Shown: in pieces, positions 57,067 to 64,000 of the stretch
How positions within the stretch are numbered: the stretch's first letter is position 1
Layout of the letters: every line of letters starts with the position of its first letter
Origin: Candidatus Bathyarchaeia archaeon
Lineage (GTDB): Archaea > Thermoproteota > Bathyarchaeia > Bathyarchaeales > DTEX01
Reading direction: 5' to 3'
Length of the DNA stretch: 64,000 nucleotides
NCBI GenBank assembly: GCA_038897035.1
Contig: JAWAXF010000006.1
Coordinates: 3,773 to 67,772, forward strand
Position numbers and translations under genes: made by a program
Notes under the pieces: model-generated
Database searches by the model: none
Seen by the model: only the letters and a program-made list of their open reading frames with translations
Told to the model about the DNA's origin: nothing

Positions 57067-57702
57067 ATGGCGAAAGACATGTTCTCCTTCCTGAAACGTA
57101 TCATAGAAGGTAGAAGGAGCATTAGACTCTATTTATCAAGGGATGTGCCGCAAGAGACTATTCTTAGAATTACTGATGCTAGCAGATGGGCTCCATCTGC
57201 GCATAATGCTCAGCCATGGCGCTTTGTAATAATATTTGATCCAAGTGTTAAGAGGAGGTTGGCTGAGGCGATGGCTTCGGATTGGCTAAAGGATCTTGAA
57301 GGAGATGGTGTCCCCGCAGAAGAGGCTAAGAGACTAGCCGAGGAGTCTATTAAGCGCTTTTCGGAGGCGCCAGTCCTAATAGTTGCTGCAATAACTATGA
57401 GGGAGATGCATAAATATCCTGATAGGCGGAGACAGAAATCTGAGCATTTGATGGCGACTCAGAGCTTAGCCGCAGCAATACAGAATATTCTTTTGGCCGC
57501 TCACGCTGAGGGGCTAGGTGCATGTTGGTTCTGCGCACCCCTCTTCTGCCAAGAAACCGTTAGAAGAATCTTAAAAATGCCCCGCGATATTGAGCCCCAA
57601 GCTTTAATAACAATCGGTTACCCAGCCGAGAGCCCCAGGCCTCCGCCTAGAAAGCCACTTAAGGAAATAGCCTTTAAAGATTATTGGGGTAAAAGCCTAT
57701 GA
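57067..57702 (+). CDS. Nitroreductase-fold flavoprotein (FbiB C-terminal-domain-like), coupled to cofD
   Basis: RRSIRLY...APSAHNAQPWRFVII is the nitroreductase signature. The stop overlaps the cofD start (ATGA). Confidence 0.75.
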   Translation: MAKDMFSFLKRIIEGRRSIRLYLSRDVPQETILRITDASRWAPSAHNAQPWRFVIIFDPSVKRRLAEAMASDWLKDLEGDGVPAEEAKRLAEESIKRFSEAPVLIVAAITMREMHKYPDRRRQKSEHLMATQSLAAAIQNILLAAHAEGLGACWFCAPLFCQETVRRILKMPRDIEPQALITIGYPAESPRPPPRKPLKEIAFKDYWGKSL

Positions 57703-58628
57703 TAACTGCCTTAGCTGGCGGCGTAGGCGCCGCAAAGTTTCTCTCAGGACTCGTCAAAGTGATCCCGGAAGAAGAGCTGACGATTATCGTTAATACTGGA
57801 GATGACATAGAACTCTATGGATTGCATATTTCACCGGACTTAGACATAGTTACTTATACCTTGGCCGGCATAGTCGATGAGGAGAGAGGCTGGGGTATAA
57901 GGAATGATACATTCAACTGTCTAGAGATGCTGCGGAGGTACGGTTATGAGACATGGTTTAATTTGGGCGATAGGGACCTTGCAACACATATCCATAGAAC
58001 ACTCCTTTTAAAGAGGGGCTTAAAGCTATCCCAAGTAACAAGGGAAATATGTAAAAGCTTAGGCGTGAAAACTAACATAATCCCGATGACAGACGATAAA
58101 TTTGAAACATGGATTGAAACCGACGCTGGACTAATGCATTTTCAAGAGTATCTGGTCAAAAAGGGCGCTAGAGATAGGGTTTTGGGAGTAAAATATTTAG
58201 GCGCTGAGGAGGCTAAGCCCGCCGAGGGCGTTATTGAGGCAATCCTTAACAGCAGGCTAGTGATCATTTGCCCAAGCAACCCCATCGTGAGCATAGGCAC
58301 GATATTATCTATTAGGGGTGTAAGAGAAGCTCTAAGAGACAGCAGAGCCCCTAAAATAGCCATAAGCCCAATAGTTGGGGGAATGCCGATAAAGGGTCCT
58401 GCGGATAAATTGATGAGAGGTCTTGGGTTAGAAGTTTCAGCATACTCAGTGGCATACTTATATAGGGACTTTTTAGATAACTTTGTTCTAGACAACATAG
58501 ATAAAGAAGAAAAGGATAAAATAGAGAGCCTCGGGATAAAGGTTATCTTAACTAATACCATAATGAAAACACCAGAAGATAGGGTGAAGCTCGCTAAATT
58601 AGTCCTTGAAGAAGGCCTTAGAAAATAA
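57699..58628 (+). CDS. cofD: 2-phospho-L-lactate transferase (F420 biosynthesis, CofD/FbiA)
   Basis: ALAGGVGAAKF, VNTGDD and SPDLDIVTYTLAG are typical CofD motifs. Confidence 0.85.
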   Translation: MITALAGGVGAAKFLSGLVKVIPEEELTIIVNTGDDIELYGLHISPDLDIVTYTLAGIVDEERGWGIRNDTFNCLEMLRRYGYETWFNLGDRDLATHIHRTLLLKRGLKLSQVTREICKSLGVKTNIIPMTDDKFETWIETDAGLMHFQEYLVKKGARDRVLGVKYLGAEEAKPAEGVIEAILNSRLVIICPSNPIVSIGTILSIRGVREALRDSRAPKIAISPIVGGMPIKGPADKLMRGLGLEVSAYSVAYLYRDFLDNFVLDNIDKEEKDKIESLGIKVILTNTIMKTPEDRVKLAKLVLEEGLRK

Positions 58629-58758
58629 CTTGATAATCCTCTTATTCGCCCATCACCTTTTAACCGCTTCGGCATAATTCAGAAAAGTTTATTAGTTAAT
58701 TAATATAACCAAAATTAAAGAGACATGCGGTGTCATCAAGCTTTTCCCCAGCCAGGTT

Positions 58759-59055
58759 GTGTTGATATTGTCCGGGGTAAGAAAGTGCTCTTCTAAGTGC
58801 AGTAAGTTTAAGTGTGGAAAGGGCTTTTTGGCGTTTCATGGAAAGACCCCGTGGTGCCGATTAACTGAGGAGCCCTGCAATCCCATAAACTGCAACTATG
58901 CCATATGTATAGCAAGACGCTTACTTTCACAAGGTATTTGCGGGGAGACCATGAAAAGGAGAACCATAGAGAGAAGTCCGGAGGAGGAAGAAATTCCAGC
59001 AATAAGGGTCAGGGGAAAGGTTCTTAGAAAGATCGGTGAGAAAGAGATCTTCTAA
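58759..59055 (+). CDS. Hypothetical Cys-rich small protein with a basic C-terminal tail
   Basis: 98-aa ORF with 9 Cys in the first 62 residues (KCSSKCSKFKCGKG...WCRL..PCNPINCNYAIC). No family recognised and the start is uncertain. Confidence 0.3.
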   Translation: MLILSGVRKCSSKCSKFKCGKGFLAFHGKTPWCRLTEEPCNPINCNYAICIARRLLSQGICGETMKRRTIERSPEEEEIPAIRVRGKVLRKIGEKEIF

Positions 59056-59076
59056 AGACTTAGCTAGCATCAATAG

Positions 59077-60060
59077 CTAAAGTTCTCTAGAGCTCGTTAG
59101 ATCAGATATATCAACGCTACAATCATATATACGATTAAGTAGAGATAAAACCATAATTAGATCCCGCGTCTTCTCAAAAAGTAATGTAGTTGCTACTGAC
59201 TCAATTTTACTAATTAATTCCCTAATGCCAGATTCCTTTTCTTTCACAGAGACCGCAAGAGAGACGTTACGGGACATGAATGATATGACCGCGTCATCAT
59301 AAATCTCGAAAATTATTTTGCGAAGGTCGCTTAGGGCTCCCGAGATTTCATCAGCAAACTTTATATCTTTAAATTTGATCGCATACATAGCTATTTGGGA
59401 CGATTGATCGGCAACTAGTTCAACAAGACTTGCCACTAACCTATAATCTAAGCAGTCTATTGGGTGCATGTTGAATTTCTCGCTGAGACCTGGGTTCTGT
59501 ACAATTGTTCTCAAAACCCTGACCAATAGGAAATAGAGCCTATCAACTTCGTTATCTCGGGCTATAACATTTCTAGCTAAATGAGTGTCTCTCTCAAGTA
59601 ACGCTGTAACGGAGTCCTTACACATACTCAAGGTAATCAAATGCTCCCGACGCAGAATCTTCTCAGGAGAAAGTGCCGAGGGTTCTAAGAGACACTGCAT
59701 AACAACTCTACTCTGATCCTCCTCAATTATCTCTAAGCCTACGAGCTGACTTGATGTCTGCTTAATTATATCTCTTTGCTCAGGCATAATTCTGTCCTTC
59801 GCCTCAATCGTAATGATGTCGTAGCCGAGAAGGTAGCTGCTGACTATATCACGGCTGAGATACGGCCCAACCCTGATAACTGTTGCTCGTGGTGTAGGTT
59901 CAGCCGTATACTTTGGATCAATTATTATCTTATTATCCGGAGTTACTAAGCTCGCAACAACCGAACCACGGTGTAGGTGATTGCGAAGAGCCCAATCTTT
60001 AGGTAATGTGATGAAGAATGTCCCACTTCTAGTTATCTGTATCTTCCGAAACTCTAACAT
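59077..60060 (-). CDS. AbrB/SpoVT-type DNA-binding domain fused to PhoU-like repeats (putative phosphate-responsive regulator)
   Basis: The N-terminal IQITRSGTFFITLPKDWA is a swapped-hairpin AbrB pattern. It is followed by two helical PhoU-like repeats. I chose the start at MLEFRK; the ORF track extends to 60096. Confidence 0.65.
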   Translation of the reverse strand: MLEFRKIQITRSGTFFITLPKDWALRNHLHRGSVVASLVTPDNKIIIDPKYTAEPTPRATVIRVGPYLSRDIVSSYLLGYDIITIEAKDRIMPEQRDIIKQTSSQLVGLEIIEEDQSRVVMQCLLEPSALSPEKILRREHLITLSMCKDSVTALLERDTHLARNVIARDNEVDRLYFLLVRVLRTIVQNPGLSEKFNMHPIDCLDYRLVASLVELVADQSSQIAMYAIKFKDIKFADEISGALSDLRKIIFEIYDDAVISFMSRNVSLAVSVKEKESGIRELISKIESVATTLLFEKTRDLIMVLSLLNRIYDCSVDISDLTSSREL

Positions 60061-60233
60061 TTTACATCGCTTCAAACAGACAAAATTTTGTCCCAAAATT
60101 TATGTGCTAATCAGTATAATATAAACATTATTTATTTAAAATACTACCACAGTAACTATAATTTTCGTCGTGTATTTAAACATGACATAAATTGCTTTGT
60201 ACTATGAAAGAAATCTATAGGTACTGAAGGATA

Positions 60234-61760
60234 ATGTCTGTAAGTGAAGATGGTCTCAAGAGAGCCGTATCCTTAATTATTGGGGCTGGCTATCAAATCG
60301 ATAGGGAAGCCTTTGAACTCCTAAAGGTTCTATCTAATCAAATAGATCTAGATTCCCTTATTAGGGACCTGCTTGAAGAAGTTAAAACCCTCTCAGAGAA
60401 GCCGCTACTCATAACCCGCATAATCATAGAGGAAGGGATCGCAAAGAGAAGTTTACTAAAAGAGCCCGAGATGGCTCCTAAGGTTAGTGGAAAAACTACC
60501 TTCAGGCCCTATGCGAAGGATATTGAACCCGACCTCAAAGTTATAAGTGACCCAACTGACAAGATAAGCGCAACTGGATCCCTCAATGACTGCATAGAGT
60601 ATTTTAGGAGCCGATTTAGGAAGATCAGTAGGATATTAAGGAGCCGGATGGATACAAAAGATGCTAGCACTATAACGGATGCCCTGAAAGCCCCCGAAAA
60701 TTCTGAGGTTAAGGTTATTTGCATCATTATGGACAAGCGCGAGACGAAACGGGGAATCTTTTTTAGGATTGAAGATTTAGAGAATCAGGCAATAGCCTTT
60801 ATTCCAGCAGAGAACCGCGAAATATACATAAAAGCTCAGAGAACCCTTCTAGACCAGGTTATCTGTATAGCTGCTACAAGGGGAAAAGAGGACCTTCTCA
60901 TAGTAAAGGACATAATATTACCAGACGTGCCCCTGAAGAAGCCGAATAAATCACCCATATCAGTCTACGCGGCGCTCCTTTCAGATCTGCACATCGGAAG
61001 CAAAATGTTCATGGAGAGGGTTTTTAAGCGGTTCGTGACATGGTTAAAGGGCGGAATTGGCGACAACCACCTTAGAGAAATAGCTGGTTACATTAAGTAT
61101 CTGGTGATAGCAGGCGACATTGTTGACGGGGTGGGAATATACCCGCAGCAATATAATGAGCTTGAAATAAAGGATCTTTATAAACAATATGAGGCTGCGG
61201 CGGATTTCCTCAAAGAAATACCAGAATATACTGAAATTATTATTATACCTGGAAACCATGATGCTACTAGGAGGGCTTTACCGCAACCAGCTATTCCCAG
61301 AGACTACGCCGAGCCCCTCTATGACCTTGGGAGGGTTCATATGCTGGGTGATCCATCAGTTATAAGCCTACATGGTGTAACCTTTCTTTTAACCCATGGG
61401 AGAAGCCTGGATGATATTATAGCATCCGTCCCAAACATGAGCTTCCAATCACCAGATGAAGCCATGAAGGTCCTTTTACAGTGTAGGCACCTAGCACCAA
61501 CCTACGGCATGAGGACTATGATAGCCCCTGAAAAAGTCGATTACTTAGTTATAGAGCATATTCCAGACGTATTTCATGCGGGACATGTACACTTAATGAA
61601 GTACAGCATATATAGGGGGGTGCTTGTAGTCAACTCAGGAGCATTCCAAGAGCAAACTGAGTATCAGAGGGAGATGGGACACATACCCAACCCAGGCATA
61701 ATTCCAATAATAAACCTGAACACATTAGAGGTCACCTCAATAAACTTCACTTCCACTTAA
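60234..61760 (+). CDS. DNA polymerase D (Pol II) small subunit DP1
   Basis: Calcineurin-like phosphoesterase motifs LSDLHIGS, GDIVDG, GNHD and HAGHVH, with an OB region upstream. 508 aa. Lies next to cdc6/oriC. Confidence 0.85.
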   Translation: MSVSEDGLKRAVSLIIGAGYQIDREAFELLKVLSNQIDLDSLIRDLLEEVKTLSEKPLLITRIIIEEGIAKRSLLKEPEMAPKVSGKTTFRPYAKDIEPDLKVISDPTDKISATGSLNDCIEYFRSRFRKISRILRSRMDTKDASTITDALKAPENSEVKVICIIMDKRETKRGIFFRIEDLENQAIAFIPAENREIYIKAQRTLLDQVICIAATRGKEDLLIVKDIILPDVPLKKPNKSPISVYAALLSDLHIGSKMFMERVFKRFVTWLKGGIGDNHLREIAGYIKYLVIAGDIVDGVGIYPQQYNELEIKDLYKQYEAAADFLKEIPEYTEIIIIPGNHDATRRALPQPAIPRDYAEPLYDLGRVHMLGDPSVISLHGVTFLLTHGRSLDDIIASVPNMSFQSPDEAMKVLLQCRHLAPTYGMRTMIAPEKVDYLVIEHIPDVFHAGHVHLMKYSIYRGVLVVNSGAFQEQTEYQREMGHIPNPGIIPIINLNTLEVTSINFTST

Positions 61761-61763
61761 AAG

Positions 61764-63005
61764 TCATTGAGGAGGAGACAAAAACTTAGGCTTATAATTT
61801 AGCATACTTTTAAGTATCTCATCTTCAGAGAAAACTTCCGCAATAATCTTTCGCGGAACCCCCAAGATTATCTTTTTTGTTCGGCCATACCTCCCAAGGC
61901 TAATAACACGCGAGTTTAGGAGACCCATAACATCCAATTCATTTATTAGCTCGCTCACCCTCCTCTGGGTTAACGGGCCTATGCCCAACTGATCACAGAT
62001 CTCCGAGTAAAGGTTATAGATCTCCCCGGTCATCGAGCGGTCTGGATCAAATTTACTGAGCAGAAAAGCGCTTAGAAGAACTACCTTCGAATGTGTTGGC
62101 AGACTCTTTATGCTCTCATAGACTCTATCATGTTCTATTCTCTTCTGAGCCTCCCGAACGTGCTCCTCCGAAATTTCTATGTCGCCCTTTCGCTCGGCTA
62201 TCTCACCAGCAACCCTTAAAAGATCAAGGGCCCTCCTAGCGTCGCCGTGTTCAGCAGCCGCCAATGCAGCACATAATTTAAGGGCGCCCTCACTCAAGAC
62301 TCTATCATAAAAGGCGATTTTAGCTCTCTCCATCAGAATGTCTTGAAGCTCCTCAGCAGTATATGGTTTAAAGACCATCTCCTCCTCACTCAACGTACTC
62401 AGAACTCTTGGATCAAGAAATTCCTTAAACTTTAAGTCATTAGATATACCTATGATTGAGACCTTGCTCCTGCCGAGATTCTCATTTATTCTGGTAAGCT
62501 CATATAAGAGCGTATCGCCGCGCATCTTAACCAGCGCATCGATTTCGTCCAATGCGACAAGGAGAATTATTCCTTGGCTTTCAAGGCTTTTCCTAAACCT
62601 ATCAAAAAGCTCCCCGACAGCTAGCCCAGTAAAGGGAACCTTCTCATTAATGCTTAAGCAGAGAGAAGCTAAAATTCTATACTCGGTTCCAGCTAGCCGG
62701 CAATTTATTACACAAACCCGAACTGAAGATTTAATCTCTTTGGCTTTTTGAGCAATTCTATTTAGGACAAATTTAGCAACCGCAGTCTTACCCGTGCCAG
62801 TCTTTCCATAAATGAAAATGTTAGAGCATGGTGAGCCCCTAAGTACAGGAGCAGTGATTTCACCTAAGCGGAGGATCTCTTCCTCCCTATGTGGAAGATA
62901 GTCTGGTACATAATCATGTCTTAAGACTTTCCTATTCCTAAATATTCTAGAGCCTCTGAGGAACTGCGCAAACACATTATCTAAGATATCAGCCTGCTTC
63001 CTCAT
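61764..63005 (-). CDS. cdc6: Orc1/Cdc6 replication initiator
   Basis: Walker A GKTGTGKT, Walker B LVALDEID, sensor regions and a C-terminal winged helix (QRRVSELINELDVMGLL). Confidence 0.95.
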   Translation of the reverse strand: MRKQADILDNVFAQFLRGSRIFRNRKVLRHDYVPDYLPHREEEILRLGEITAPVLRGSPCSNIFIYGKTGTGKTAVAKFVLNRIAQKAKEIKSSVRVCVINCRLAGTEYRILASLCLSINEKVPFTGLAVGELFDRFRKSLESQGIILLVALDEIDALVKMRGDTLLYELTRINENLGRSKVSIIGISNDLKFKEFLDPRVLSTLSEEEMVFKPYTAEELQDILMERAKIAFYDRVLSEGALKLCAALAAAEHGDARRALDLLRVAGEIAERKGDIEISEEHVREAQKRIEHDRVYESIKSLPTHSKVVLLSAFLLSKFDPDRSMTGEIYNLYSEICDQLGIGPLTQRRVSELINELDVMGLLNSRVISLGRYGRTKKIILGVPRKIIAEVFSEDEILKSMLNYKPKFLSPPQ

Positions 63006-63111
63006 GCCCTCCGCCAGCTCCCACTCGCAACATTATAGAGAAATTCCTAAATTAAGGGCTCCCATACAAAAAAGTAGATTAAAGAGTGAAAAGTCCTAAA
63101 GAAAAGGGACT

Positions 63112-63137
63112 CCCACCCCTCTATTTCTATTGGAAAC
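63112..63137 (-). repeat. ORB-like origin recognition box 1
   Basis: The minus strand reads GTTTCCAATAGAAATAGAGGGGTGGG. Confidence 0.7.
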
Positions 63138-63322
63138 AGCCTAAAAATATTACAATAATTTCTTTATAATGAAAAACAGCCTCCCATTTAATTTAGGTCT
63201 AAGTAATATTTAATGTCATTTATACAAAAATTTGTACATATCTTTAAAGGTTAATTTAGAATGAAGTGATCAGAATCCCTCATTTTAACTTAAAACAAAT
63301 GAGTACAAGACATAAGAATTTG

Positions 63323-63349
63323 CTTCCAGTGGAAATCGCGGGGTCCCCC
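63323..63349 (+). repeat. ORB-like origin recognition box 2
   Basis: The plus strand reads CTTCCAGTGGAAATCGCGGGGTCCCCC. This is the closest of the three to the classical archaeal ORB core TTCCAGTGGAAA followed by a G-string. Confidence 0.75.
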
Positions 63350-63497
63350 TCTGATATTCTCATACGCAAATATTTTTTCAAGAATAATTGCAGTTAACTT
63401 TTATGTGAAGTATCTGTTAAACCTATATCTATAGACAATTATTTCTTTGAGTAATTTTTAATTAAAGCATTTTTCGCGCTTAATTTTTCGTTAAAAG

Positions 63498-63522
63498 CCA
63501 CCCCTTCATTTCCATTGGAAAT
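63498..63522 (-). repeat. ORB-like origin recognition box 3
   Basis: The minus strand reads ATTTCCAATGGAAATGAAGGGGTGG. Confidence 0.7.
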
Positions 63523-63735
63523 AAGAAAAGAAATCATTTTATTTTATTATCTTAAATGCTCTCTCAAATGTTAACCTTGTTAACCAAAATCTTTGAAATT
63601 TTTTCTCATTTTTGGAAAATAACTGAAAATTTTCTTTTTTATCAGATAATGGTTAACCGAATAATTTATAACTTGTGAAGTAGTAAATTGTTAATTGTTG
63701 GGATTGTGGTGAATGTTTAGTTGCCTGTTAGGAAG

Positions 63736-64000
63736 ATGAAAGTTGAAGTTTATGATGAGTCTGGGAATAGATACACGATAAGTTTTGAGGGTAGAGTTAC
63801 TAGGGAGAAGGTTCAGAAAATATTTGACATGGTTGAATTACTTGGTGGAATACCTCTTATAGAATCGGCAAGTGATTTTTCAAAGGAGACCTCGAAGATG
63901 GATAAAGTTCTCCTTATAGTTAAGAAGAGTTTCCCTATAACATGGTTTTCAGCAAGGGATGTTCAGGAATTGTATGAGAGGGAAATTAAAGAGCCGATTA
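63736..64000 (+). CDS. Hypothetical protein, N-terminal part (runs off the window)
   Basis: ATG at 63736, open to the window end. Reads MKVEVYDESGNRYTISFEGRVTREKVQKIFDMVELLGG... No family recognised. Confidence 0.4.
   Translation, partial: MKVEVYDESGNRYTISFEGRVTREKVQKIFDMVELLGGIPLIESASDFSKETSKMDKVLLIVKKSFPITWFSARDVQELYEREIKEPI

Larger units (their letters stand above)
63006..63735. other. Probable replication origin (oriC): AT-rich spacer with three ORB-like boxes
   Basis: 730-bp non-coding AT-rich spacer immediately upstream of cdc6. It contains three copies of TTCCA-TGGAAAT-N3-GGGGT in mixed orientation. Confidence 0.75.

Noticed and set aside
63006-63735. Repeated ~25-nt boxes, considered as a CRISPR-like array
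   Set aside because: There are only three copies, in mixed orientation, with irregular ~185-bp spacing. The sequence matches origin recognition boxes next to cdc6.
1-64000. Scan for rRNA, tRNA, C/D-box sRNA, inteins and transposases
   Set aside because: I could not support any of these by eye. No GTTC(G/A)AATC T-loops sit in a tRNA-like context, no RUGAUGA...CUGA pairs occur at sRNA spacing in the spacers, and no oversized housekeeping genes suggest inteins. A covariance-model scan could still find small RNAs that I missed.

Overview
This is a densely packed archaeal chromosomal segment of about 65 genes. Many start/stop codons overlap by 4 nt, spacers are AT-rich, and there is one sharply G+C-rich RNA island, a pattern typical of thermophiles.

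Housekeeping genes recognised from motifs:
- Translation: pheS/pheT, valS, aRF1, ribosomal proteins S17e and S30e.
- Arginine and pyrimidine metabolism: carB-carA-argH-argG, pyrH.
- Chromatin, repair and replication: a histone, NucS, endonuclease III, a family-4 UDG, the PolD small subunit and Orc1/Cdc6. The Orc1/Cdc6 gene abuts an AT-rich spacer carrying three ORB-like boxes, a probable oriC.
- The PolD subunit, histone, Ftr and CofD together argue against a classical Thermoprotei host. I cannot name the organism.

Accessory or unusual content:
1. An ~11-kb single-strand type IV pilus-like operon that ends in a two-domain KaiC-like ATPase plus a small partner gene. A decayed second copy of that partner/KaiC pair lies at 38.5-39.5 kb.
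2. A PurD-like / HAD-like / Ftr / PfkB four-gene module of unknown function. This is my best candidate for an undescribed system.
3. A ~250-nt GC-rich structured RNA that I could not classify.
4. A radical-SAM/SPASM - MoaD-like - tungsten AOR trio.
5. A nitroreductase translationally coupled to cofD.
6. A DUF35-HMG-CoA synthase fusion next to a thiolase.
7. A CDF transporter with three tandem C-terminal domains.
8. A divergent PriS-like AEP protein.
9. Several reading-frame breaks (UDG, MBL hydrolase, HEPN, MNT, KaiC remnant). All sit at short homopolymer runs, so sequencing indels are as likely as real pseudogenes.

I saw no rRNA, tRNA, CRISPR array, integrase or transposase. All assignments come from reading translated motifs by eye. 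No searches were run.
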